NCBI GenBank assembly: GCA_002269645.1
Contig: NIVC01001072.1
Span: forward strand, 186,001 to 250,000
Source: Macrostomum lignano
Lineage: Eukaryota
Reading direction: 5' to 3'
DNA length: 64,000 bases
Part shown: positions 46,090 to 58,700 of the stretch, in pieces
Layout: each line of letters starts with the position of its first letter
How positions within the stretch are numbered: position 1 is the first letter of the stretch
Position numbers and translations under genes: made by a program
The notes under the pieces: generated by a model
What the model saw: the letters and a program-made list of their open reading frames with translations, nothing else
What the model was told of the DNA's origin: nothing
Databases searched by the model: none

Positions 46090-46114
46090 GTTTGGCCTGG
46101 CTTGGTTGTTTTTG
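46090..46114 (+). other. Probable 25-nt 5' UTR exon of TRRAP
   Basis: Long T tract plus tagcag (NAGNAG acceptor) before it and gtgaga after it; next acceptor at 46507, 9 nt before the ATG. Confidence 0.5.
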
Positions 46115-46516
46115 GTGAGAAAATAAATTTTCATGTTAAATTATTTTCTTATATTTATTTAAATTTCATGTTCATGTTTCATGTATATTTCATTTATTCT
46201 TATATTTCATGCTTAATACAAAAGGAAAAAAGAAACTTTTTATTATGGAACTAAATCTCAAAAGTAAAATATAGTTCAATTTAGGCAAGTAAGATTTATC
46301 AAATCAAATAAAAAATACTTACCCCCTTACCCACCAGCTATTTTGTAAAAAAGAAAAAGTTTCTTTAATTGAAAACAGTTTTGCTTCTGTTTTATTTGTC
46401 AGATTTTAAAAATAATATCATATAGTCATATTTTTTCTGGGATGAACAACACATGAACAATAAATTTCATTAATTACCCTGATTAATAGTTAACTGTTTT
46501 CCACTAGGAAACAGTT

Positions 46517-49500
46517 ATGGATTTACAGTCAAAAATTGACAAAGTCTCCGCCAAACTCAAGACTTTCAATGATGGAAGTTTGTGTAAGTTTTTCAGTTAA
46601 TAATATAAATATATATATTTCAATAATGTTTTTAATTTAAATATATTCCCTTTACATTTTTAGCTTTGGAAGTTAGGATTAAGGATGGCCAGGAGGCTTG
46701 CGATTTAATTGAGGTAAAACATTTTTCCCAAATATTTTCTCTATAATTATTGAATCAATAAATGATCAATCATCTTGCCCAATTCAAGGTGCCAATGTTT
46801 CAAGAGAAAGATCCCAAGTCAATAGACCTGCTGCTAGACATATGCAACTCTGTACAGCAGGTGCTGGGCGAGACTCAGCCAACATTTATTCAAGAGTTTC
46901 CTATGAATCAGATTAGACGCTTGTCGTTGGAGATGCTGCAAAAATTGCCAAATACTGAGCTGATGCGACCGCATGCTAAAAATATTCTCGGCCTGCTTTT
47001 TCGTCTGCTTGAGGTGAGTCTTTTTGTGCCGTTTTTTAATCAATTGCCTGGTTAGGTGGTTAACCTGGTTAGATGGTTTAGATGACAGAAGGAATGATAA
47101 AATGATTACGTATAACTTCACATTTTCACTATAGTTTGGTGTGATTTCTTTAAAGGATAAAAAATTATTGCTTTCCTACTTTAAGTAGCTGAATCAAATC
47201 ACGAAGTCTAAATTTATTTATTAAAAAAATATGTTTTTACTATAAGTATTCTAATTAAGGTTTTTATATTAACATATTATTCGCAGTACGACAACGAAGA
47301 GAATGTACAAATCTGCCTGAAGCTGGTGATGGAGTACCACAAAACTTTCAAGCCGCCATTCAGTAACGATGCGCTGAACTTTCTTAAATTTGTGCGCACA
47401 GTCTATAAAGAGTTGCACACCCAGGAGCATCGAATATTCGAGGCCGGCAAAAATGCCGCAAATTATTGCGTGAGAGACATTGCGCTGCTCGATATTCACT
47501 CGTTGATGTTGGAAACTTTCACTAAGACTCAGGTTACTACCGAGGTTAAGAAGGCCGATGGTACCAACTGTGTGGTGAGTCATTAAACGGATTTTAATTG
47601 GTATCGCCTCTGTGAAGGATAATCTATTAAAAAGGGATTTCTTTTAAGAATCGTCTTTTGAAAAATCGCCCCCCCCCCATTACGAATCGGCTTTAAGAAT
47701 CGCCTCTCATTGAGAATCGCCTTTAAAATCGTCTTTTAGGATCACCTCTCATTATGAATCGCCTTTAAGAATCGCCTTTGTGAATCGCCTTTATGAATCG
47801 CCTCCATTAAGAATCGCCTCTCATTAAGAATCGCCTCTCATTAAAAATCGCCTTTAAGAATCGCCTTTAAGAATCGCCTCTCATTAAGAATCGCTTTCAA
47901 GAATCGCCTTAAAGAATCGGCTTTAAGAATCGCCTCTTATTAAGAATCGCCTTTAAGAATCGCCTTTATGAATCGCCTCCATTAAGAATCGCCTTTAAGA
48001 ATCGTCTCCATTAAGAATCGCCTCTCATTAAGAATCGCCTTTAAGAATCGCCTCTCATTAAGAATCGCCTTTAAGAATCGCCTCATTAAGAATCGCCTTT
48101 AAAAATCGCCTTTGAAAATCGCCTCTCATTAAGAATCACCTTTAAGAATCGCCTCTCATTAAGAATTGCCTTAAGAATTAAGAATCGCCTTTAAGAATCG
48201 CCTCGCATTAAGAATCGCCTTTAAAAATCGCCTTTGAAAATCGCCTCTCATTAAGAATCACCTTTAAGAATCGCCTCGCATTAAGAATCGCCTTTAAAAA
48301 TCGCCTTTAGGAATCACCTCTCTTTAAGAATCGCCTGTCATTAAGAATTGCCTTAAGAATTAAGAATCGCCTTTAAAAATCGCCTTTAGGAATCACCTCT
48401 CTTTAAGAATCGCCTGTCATTAAGAATCGCCTTTAAAAATCGCCTTTACGAAAAATTGCCTGTAAAAATCGGCTCCTATTAATGTGGCACCCTCAAGAGT
48501 TCCCAACCTCACCCCGATCTCCAGTACACTTTTCTGCCAAAATGCTGCTACTCGCTTCGCGTCATGCACGATGTACCTCTGCTAGTGGTACTGCTGTACC
48601 AGCTGTACAAGAACCAGGAGACTGTACTCCGCGAAGTGAACGAATTCGTGCCTCTAGTACTCAACTTTATCAACGTAGAACCAACTCAGCAACAGAAGGA
48701 GCTGATGTCTGCCGTGTCTGTCAGCATGGAAATCTTTGTGGAATTTTTCACCGCTCAGATTAAAACTTTCTCATTATTGGCCTTTATTGTTAAGCTGTTC
48801 ACCGAGCAGATCCATCCCTACCACAAGCTGCTGGTCAGCGGCACCAGGAAACTGTTGAAGAACTGTCCCAACGAAGTGGCTGCCCTGCGCAAAGAACTGC
48901 TCATCGCGTTTCGGCATATTCTGTCCGCTGATTTGAAGAAGTGTAAGTTTTGTTAACTCATTTGATGCGCCTTGCACCGTCTTCTTGCATCTCCTCTTTT
49001 CTCTCCCTCGTGTCTCCCTCTCTCCCTGTCTCCCTCTCTCCCTGTCTCCCTCTCTCCCTGTCTCTCTCTCTCCCTGTCTCTCTCTCTCCCTGTCTACCTC
49101 TCCCCTACATCCCTCTCTTTCCTGTCTCCCTCTCTCCCTTGTCTTTCTCTCTCCCCTGTCTCCCTCTCTCCCGTGTCTCCCTCTCTCCCTGTCTCCCTCT
49201 CCCCTACATCCCTCTCTTTCCTGTCTCCCTCTCTACCCTGTCTACCTCTCTCCTACATCCCTCTCTTCCCTGTCTCCCTCTCTCCCTTGTCTTTCTCTCT
49301 CCCCTGTCTCCCTCTCTCCCGTGTCTCCCTCTCTCCCCTGTCTCCCTCTCCCCTACATCCCTCTCTTTCCTGTCTCCCTCTCTCCCTTGTCTTTCTCTCT
49401 CCTCTGTATCCCTCTCTCCCGTGTCTCCCTCTCTCCCCTGTCTCCCTCTCTCCCGTGTCTCCCTCTCTCCCCTGTCTCCCTCTCTCCCGTGTCTCCCTCT

Positions 49501-52500
49501 CTCCCCTGTCTCCCTCTCTCCCGTGTCTCCCTCTCTCCCCTGTCTCCCTCTCTCCCCTGTCTCCCTCTCTCCCCTGTCTCCCTCTCTCCCCTGTCTCCCT
49601 CTCTCCCGTGTCTCCCTCTCTCCCCTGTCTCCCTCTCTTCCGTGTCTCCCTCTCTCCCCTGTCTCCCTCTCTCCCGTGTCTCCCTCTCTCCCCTGTCTCC
49701 CTCTCTCCCCTGTCTCCCTCTCTCCCGTGTCTCCCTCTCTCCCCTGTCTCCCTCTCTCCCCTGTCTCCCTCTCTCCCCTGTCTCCCTCTCTCCCCTGTCT
49801 CCCTCTCTCCCCTGTCTCCCTGTCTCCCCTGTCTCCCTCTCTCCCCTGTCTCCCTCTCCACGTCTTTCTGTACGCCTCACTCACTCTCTCTCACCATCCA
49901 TCATTCTGCAGTTTTAATTCGGCTCTTTCTTCCAAAGTTGTCACAAAATCGCGAATTTCATCAACTTTATGAGTTTTTTTGCAGTAGCCGCTGTTTTTAG
50001 TTTTTGATGCAAATAAATAAAAAACGTGCTCTTTTCTTGCGCCAGTCTACCTATTTTTCTCCCTTTGTTATTACCCTGTCCGTCATGCGGTTTTCTGTCA
50101 CTAAGACTGGCATTTCACCTGGTATAAAAAAATTGCTTTGCCCAAATTATGGCTCCAAGCAAGCGAACTTTACTTCAGCCATCTCTATGTCTTCAAGAAG
50201 AAGAAGCAGGAACAGAAGAAGGAATTCGGTATTTTTATAATTATTGGTTCCATTAAGGGTGTTAACGGCTTGGTTGGCCAAGGATGTTTAAAACTAAAAC
50301 GTCATGAAGCTTGCATCAACAGACTGTGATGGGCAAAAATATGAAAGAAATTTTACTGAATCACACATCTGCATATGTTTAGTTTTCATAAACCATATAT
50401 GAGTATATGAACCCCCTCCCTTTTTGAGTAGGTGCCAAAATAAATAATAAATTCTCTAGAAACAAATAACTCAATGTAAACAGCTATTTTTAGCCTTGAC
50501 ACCTTACTAACTCCCCATTGTGAGCCAATTGGCATCTCAGCAACTCCCCATTGTGAGCCAATTAGCATCTCAGCAACTCCCCATTGTGAGCCAATTGGCA
50601 TCTCAGCAACTCCTCATTGTGAGCCAATTGGCATCTCAGCAACTCCCCATTGAGAGCCAATTGGCATCTCAGCAACTCTCCATTGTGAGCCAATTGGCAT
50701 CTCAGCAACTCCCCATTGTGAGCCAATTGGCATCTCAGCAACTCTCCATTGTGAGCCAATTGGCATCTCAGCAACTCTCCATTGTGAGCCAATTGGCATC
50801 TCGGCAACTCTCCATTGTGAGCCAATTGGCATCTCAGCAACTCCCCATTGAGAGCCAATTGGCATCTCAGCAACTCCCCATTGAGAGCCAATTGGCATCT
50901 CAGCAACTCCCCATTGAGCCTTGGAATCTCGAGGAGTTAGAAATCCAGACTTTAGTTCAAGGTCGCCTTGGCTAGGCAGTGAAGCGGGGCATTAGTTCAT
51001 GTGTTATTTCGCTGGTGCAGTTTTTATTATTAAAAACCTGCACAGCGCTTAACAGCTCTGCTATTTGTCCGCCTGTGTGTGTGCTAATTCTTCGTTAGTA
51101 TGAGTGGGACGGGCGGTGGGTTGGGGCTTTTATTGCTAGCAACTTTTTTTTGTTTGCTGCTACTGTTAAAATTTTTGAATATCCTGTCTCTGTCTCGTGA
51201 CTTAGTTCATCCTCCACCTTTTCTCCCTCTCCCGTCTCTCCCTCTCCCGTCTCTCCCTCTCCCGTCTCTCCCTCTCCCGTCTCTCCCTCTCCCGTCTCTC
51301 CCTCTCCCGTCTCTCCCTCTCCCGTCCCTCCCTCTCCCGTCTCTCCCTCTCCCGTCCCTCCCTCTCCCGTCTCTCCCTCTCCCGTCCCTCCCTCCACTTT
51401 CTCCCTCCTTTATCTCCCTCTCTATAATCTCACTCTCCCGTCTCTCCCTCTCCCGTCTCTCCCTCTCCCTTCTCCCCCTCTCCCGTCTCTCCCTTCTCCC
51501 CCTCTCCCGTCTCTCCCTCTCCCGTCTCTCCCTCCACTTTCTCCCTCCTTTATCCCTCTCTATAATCTCACTCTCCCGTCTCTCCCTCTCCCGTCTCTCC
51601 CTCTCCCTTCTCCCCCTCTCTCTCGTTTCCCTCTCCCTTCTCTCCATCTCCATTCTCTCCTGCCGCTTTCTCGCTGTCCTACTTTCTGTTCCCAATTCCA
51701 AAAGCTATAGACCAAACCAGTCTAGACAATCCACTAGGGCGCAGTTTAGAATCAAAAATGCACGCATGATTTTCTGGGAACCGTAAGTGCACCGAAGTGC
51801 AGCTTATTTTTAATAGAATTGCGAGTCTGACCATCCTGATAGTTTTCTTATTTCGTTAAGCTTAGCTTTTGCCTCGCATTGGTCAGGCAGGCTTGCAATC
51901 TCTTTTTTTGGCTGCAGTTTAAGTGGTTTCAGTTTCAGTTGTCTGCTTGTCTGCCTACGTGTGCGTCTGTTCTGTGTAGTTTGCGCCGGTGCGTCCAATT
52001 TCCTGTTAGTCTCTGGGCGGTTCTGGCGGGGTCTGGGGACGCTTCTTGACTATAATTTTGCATGTCCAACAAAATAAAACCTACATTCGCCCCGTTAGAT
52101 GTACTTTTTGTGTTTTTTTAGCGCGTCTGTTGCATCTTGGTTAAGTTTCCTTTTTTTGGCTCAAAGGTTTTCGTCTGCATACAAGGGTATTATTGTTAGA
52201 ATCTTAGGTAAACAATTTTACCTGTAGGACTCTCACTCTTTACTTTAAAATCCCAACTTTTCTCTTAAAATCTATTACTTCTAACTCTTAGCAGTACTCT
52301 CCAGATATCAGAATCTCACTTTCAGGGCGAAATCTTTCCTTTTTTCTCATATTCTCACCCTGACTCTTAGAGTCCCATCCCATAATTCTCAAAATCTTAC
52401 CCTGACTCTGATAGTCTCATCCTGCGATTCTCAAAATCTCACCCTGACTCATAGAGTCTCATCCTGCAATTGTCAAAATCTCACCCTAGCTCTTAGAGTC

Positions 52501-55500
52501 TCATCCCGTGATTCTCAAAATCTGGCCCTATCTCTTTGAATCTCATCCTGTGATTCTCAAGATCTTACCCTGACTCTTAGAGTCTCAACCCGTGATTCTC
52601 AAAATCTCACCCTGACTCTTAGAGTCTCATCCCGTGATTCTCAAAATCTGGCCCTATCTCTTTGAATCTCATCCCTTAATTCTCAAAATCTCACCCTGAC
52701 TCTTAGAGTCTCATCCCTTGATTCTCAAAATCTTACCCTGACTCGGATAGTCTCATACTGTGAATCTCAAAATCTTACCCTGACTCTTTGAATCTTATCC
52801 TGTGATTCTGGTAATCTCACCCTGACTTAATTAGAGTCTCATCCCGTGATTTACAAAATCTCACCCTAGCTCTTAGAGTCTTATCCCGTGATTCAAAAAA
52901 TCTCACCCTGACTCTTAGAGTCTCATCCTGTGATTCTCAAAATCTTACCCTAGCTCTTTGAATCTTATCCTGTGATTCTGATAATCTCACCCTGACTTAA
53001 TTAGAGTCTCATCCCGTGATTCTCAAAATCTCACCCTAGCACTTAGAATCCCATTTTGTAAATCTCAAAGTCTTACATTAATGCTAAAAAACCTCAGTTT
53101 TCTTTCTAGAAATCTTCATCAAGACGCACAGAATCTCTTTTTATTTCTATATCATTGTCACTATACTATATCTTTATACCAATATCTACCTTTTTATCTA
53201 GATTACGTCTCAATGATAGACGAACTATTAAACAAAGACCTACTGCTTGGCACGGGCTTCACGGTGCTGGAGACTCAACGGCCCATTGCCTACTCAACTC
53301 TAGCTGACCTAATTCATCACACGAGAAATGACCTGTCAGTGTCTACCATGGCAACGGCTACGGAGCTCTTCGCCACTTGCCTGCACGACGATACTCTGTC
53401 GCATTCTATTCAGATCATGTCGCTAAAGCTCATGCTCAACCTAGTGGAATTTATTCGCACCAAGTCAGACAAAGAGGAACGACTTGAGGGTCGCGAGATT
53501 TTAATGCGTATATTTGCCGTGATTGTGCAAAAATTCAAAGTTGTGGCGCAGAGGGACTTGGAATTGTTGAAGAGTTTGTGGTGAGAATTTTTTAACAATG
53601 AAATCTGGTCGATGTTTACAAGTGGTTTCACCTTTTTTAGATATCTTTGAACCCTGACCCATGACCCACTTTAAAATCCCCTGACCCATTTGAAGGATTC
53701 CTAGAACGAATCCCCTGACGCATTTAAGAATCCCCTAACCCATTCAAGAATCCCCTGACCCATTCAAAGAATCCCCTGGCCCATTCCAAGAATCCCCTGA
53801 CCCATTCAAGAATCTCCTGACCCATTCAAGAATCCCCTGACCCATTCAAGAATCCCCTGACCCATTTAAAAATCCCCTGACCCATTCAAGAACCCCTGAC
53901 CCATTTAAGAATCCCCTGACCCATTCAAGAATCCCCTGACCCATCCAACAATTCCCTGACCCATCCAACAATCCATTGACCGATTCAACATTTCTCTGAC
54001 CCATTCAAAGAATCCCTGACCCATTCAAGAATCCCGTGACCCAAAAAAATAATCTCCTGACCCATTCCAAGAATCAGCTAACTCATTCAAGAACCCCTGA
54101 CCCATTTAAGAATCCCCTGACCCATTCAAGAACCCCTGACCCATTTAAGAATCCCCTGACCCATTCAAGAACCCCTGGCCCATTTAAGAATCCCCTGACC
54201 CATTCAAGAACCCCTGACAAATTTAAGAATCCCCTAACCCATTCAAGAACCCCTGGCCCATTTAAGAATCCCCTGAACCATTCAAGAATCTCCTGACCCA
54301 TCCAAGAATCCCCTGACCCATTCAAGAACCCCTGACCCATTTAAGAATCCCCTGACCCATTCAAGAACCCCTGACCCATTTAAGAATCCCCTGACCCATT
54401 CAAGAACCCCTGACCCATTTAAGAATCCCCTGAACCATTCAAGAATCCCCTGACCCATTCTAAGAATCTCCTGACCCATTCAAGAACCCCTGACCCATTT
54501 AAGAATCCCCTATGACTGACCCATTCTAAGAATTCCTTGAACCATATTCCCCTCCCACAGCGTCGTCGACACCACCGATCCGAGGCCGTCCGAGTTGACC
54601 GACGGTTCAAGCGGCACCGTCGCGCCTCTGACAGCGGCTTCTTCGAAAACCCCGTCAGCTTCAGCGATGGCGACTGGCCCAGAGTCGAAGCCGAAGCTGA
54701 CGTTCTACTCAGACGAGCGCCCAGCCCCAGTTGACCCGGTGACCACCGTATTCAATCCCTATTCTACCCAATCGCCAAAGGAGATGTACCAAGACATGCG
54801 AGCTTTAGTGAAAATATTGATCCAAGGCATTAAAACCGTGGCCTGGAATATCAATATGATCGCATTTCAACCGCCCGACAACAATCCGAAACAGCTGCGT
54901 GCTAAAGAAGTTCGACATTTTGTCGATCTGGCAATCTACGCGTTTCAAGCTTTGGACGTGTTTGTCATTTCTTATCGAGATAATCAGCTGGTGATCCGAC
55001 CGCCGCAGTGAGTGAACAAAACACGGTTGAAAAATCCCCGATTCTAAATTAGATCTCAAAGTGGCAAAATCCCAAATTCGATCCCTAATTGGAAAAATCT
55101 TCAATCCCAATTAGATTCTCAATTGGGAAAATCCCCATCCCAAACTAGATCCCCAACTGGGAAAATCTTCAATTAGATCAGAAATCGGGGAAATCTTCAA
55201 TCCCCAATTAAATCCCAAATTGGGAAGAGCTTCAATCCAAGATTAGATCCCGATTTGGGAAAATCTTCCATTTTCAAATCCCCAATCAAACATAGGAGCT
55301 TGACCTGTAACTGCCTGCATATTTTCAGCCTGTCCATTCACTACCTGAAGACAAAGGAGGACAAGGATATCATGGACCATCTGGGCGGCGTCTACACCAT
55401 GCTGTCGCCCGTTTCATTTCGAGAAATTTTTGCCACAGTCATCGACGTAAGAATCTTAATTTTTGGATAGAACCTTCACTTTACTTCATTTTAGATGTCT

Positions 55501-55676
55501 TTTAATCAGTTGATTGAATTTTTTCTTAACGAGAGGACTGAAATTTTATTTCCTGTAGTTTCATTCATCCGTGAAATGCATTGGGCTTGATAAGAAAAAA
55601 GGCTTTGAATTAATCCCCGTAGTGTTGACTTGGGTTCGATCCCGTGAGCTTTCAAGTCATATTTGTGCTCGTGCGC

Positions 55677-55757
<81 letters not shown>

Positions 55758-58700
55758 GACTAGCTAGCTGACTAACTAACTAGCTGACTAACCAACTAAC
55801 TAACTAACTAAACAGCTAACCAACTAACTAACTAACTAAACAGCTAACTAACTAACTAAACAGCTAACTAACTAACTAAACAGCTAACTAACTAACTAAC
55901 TAACTGACTAACCAACTAACTAACTAACTAAACAGCTAACTAACTAACTAAACAGCTAACTAACTAACTAAACAGCTAACTAACTAACTAAACAGCTAAC
56001 TAACTAACTAAACAGCTAACTAACTAACTAAACAGCTAACTAACTAACTAAACAGCTAACTAACTAACTAAACAGCTAACTAACTAACTAACTATCACCT
56101 GCCATGCCCGCCCCTTAGTACTACATGGAGCGAACCAAGAAGAACTCGGCCATACAGCTGCTCGCGCAGACATTCCTAGCCTACCCGACCATATCGAGCT
56201 CGTTCGCCAGCCTCCTGCTGGACTATCTGCTTCGAAGGCTAGACGAACTTGGCCATAATAGCGACGTAGCAACTCTGTACCTGAAGCTGTTTAAGCTGGT
56301 GTTCAGTTCCGTCTCGTTATTACCGGCTGAGAATGAGCAGATGCTCAAACCGCACTTGCGAACTTTAGTTAATAGTTCGATTCGATTGGCTAAAACTTCT
56401 AAGGAGCCCTATAATTATTTCCTATTGCTAAGGGCGCTCTTCAGGTAAGAGGAAATTAACAGCCTACTGAACCATGCCTTGGGTGAACTTTTTGATAGCC
56501 ACCACCCCATGCATTGTATGTACATTGTTAGCCCACCACCCCATGCCTTGAATGTACATTGATAGCCCACCACCCCATGCCTCGAATGTACACTGATAGC
56601 CCACCACCCCATGCCTCGAATGTACACTGATAGCCCACCACCCCATGCCTCGAATGTACACTGATAGCCCACCACCCCATGCCTTGAATGTACATTGATA
56701 GCCCACCACCCCATGCCTTGTATGTACATTGTTAGCCCACCACCCCATGCCTTGAATGTACACTGATAGCCCACCACCCCATGCCTTGAATGTACATTGA
56801 TAGCCCACCACCCCATGCCTTGTATGTACATTGTTAGCCCACCACCCCATGCCTCGAATGTACACTGATAGCCCACCACCCCATGCCTCGAATGTACCCT
56901 GATAGCCCACCACCCCATGCCTCGAATGTACACTGATAGCCCACCACCCCATGCCTTGAATGTACACTGATAGCCCACCACCCCATGCCTTGAATGTACA
57001 TTGATAGCCCACCACCCCATGCCTTGTATGTACATTGTTAGCCCACCACCCCATGCCTCGAATGTACACTGATAGCCCACCACCCCATGCCTTGAATGTA
57101 CACTGATAGCCCACCACCCCATGCCTCGAATGTACACTGATAGCCCACCACCCCATGCCTCGAATGTACACTGATAGCCCACCACCCCATGCCTCGAATG
57201 TACACTGATAGCCCACCACCCCATGCCTCGAATGTACGCTGATAGCCCACCACACCATGCCTTGAATGTACACTGATAGCCCACCACCCCATGCCTCGAA
57301 TGTACCCTGATAGCCCACCACCCCATGCCTCGAATGTACACTGATAGCCCACCACCCCATGCCTGCCTTGAATGTACATTGATAGCCCACCACCCCATGC
57401 CATGCAGATCTATCGGAGGCGGCAATCACGACATGCTCTACCAAGAATTCCTGCCTCTGTTGCCAAACCTACTGCAGACGTTGAACAATTTTCAAAGCTG
57501 GCCACAGCGCGGTCAAATGAAAGATTTATTCATCGAGCTGTGCCTAACTGTGCCTGTACGGTTGAGCTCCCTGTTGCCCTATCTAAACTTGCTGATGGAC
57601 CCGCTAGTATCCGCTCTGAACGGTTCTCAAGCTCTAGTTAGCCAAGGCCTGCGCACTCTGGAACTGTGCGTGGACAATCTGCAGCCAGACTTCCTGTACG
57701 ATCAGATCCACCCGGTGAGGGCCGGCATGATGCAGGCGCTCTGGCAGGCGATGCGCAGTCAGCACGATTTGATCCGGCAGGCCGCCTTTCGTATATTGGG
57801 CAAATTTGGCGGCAGCAATAGGCGAACTCTGCACGAGTATCAGAGCTTAACGCCGTCTAAGCTGACTAATTTGATTGACAGCTCGGATAGCGACAGTAGA
57901 TTGTTGCCAGTGGATTCGGTTGCTATGCTGGTTAGATTTGGCGGCGCTAGGCGCGATACCGACATCCCGATTGGCGAGCTGCTAATCACGGCTAAACGGT
58001 GCCTAGCCGGCCAGTTGGAGCTCAATAGCCCATCAACTTTGCCGTATTATCGGCTAGCCAGCCTGCGGCTTGTGAAAGCTTTCCTAGCCTCCGTGTTCTC
58101 CGCCGTTAATGACCTATCGATATTGGAATCGACCACTGTCGGTAGCGACGCTACGCCGGTTATCGGCGAGTCGGACGCCTGTCCGGCTCTGTCCTCGGCT
58201 CTGACGGCGGCTTTATTGGCCGCCAGCCAATCGGAGCTGCGGCACGAGGCGGCGCCTTTGGCTGCGTTCGCTGTTAGACGAGTGGCGATCATGTCGACTG
58301 CGGCTGTTCGAGGCGGCGGAAGGGCGGCAGCGGTTCTGCCGATCTTTGCCGCCTCTCTGATTGAAGCCGTGGCTGAGGTGATGTCCTTAAATAACCTTTG
58401 AACTTAATAGAAGTGGTCACTGGGCGGTCTGGTTTTTAAATGGTCCTTTAGTCTTATTGTCATTTAATAACCATTTTCATCAAATCTTCTACCCTTTAGG
58501 TGACACCTTGTTCTCACATCAACCTATGTCTCTAAATGACCCTTTGTCCCCAAATGACCTTGTTCCTAAATGACCCTTTGTCCTTAAATCACCACTTCTC
58601 CTTTAATGACCTATTGTCACACGATAGCCCTTGTCCGCTAATGACCTCTTGTTCTCCAAAAACACTCTTGCCCTTAAATGAACCCTCTTGTTCTCAAATG

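Noticed and set aside
48950-51786. Long ORFs (up to 342 aa) such as SLSPCLP.. / ERETGERG.. / SQLASQQLPI..
   Set aside because: They are translations of intronic tandem arrays that lack stop codons, inside TRRAP intron 5.
55600-55680. tRNA-derived SINE head (gggttcgatccc) before the (CTAA)n tract
   Set aside because: Only a B-box-like motif; no convincing A-box or TSD. It remains possible but unsupported.
56415-57444. Minus-strand ORFs of 336 and 326 aa with a 34-aa period
   Set aside because: The period equals the 34-bp unit read through three frames; antisense to a TRRAP intron.
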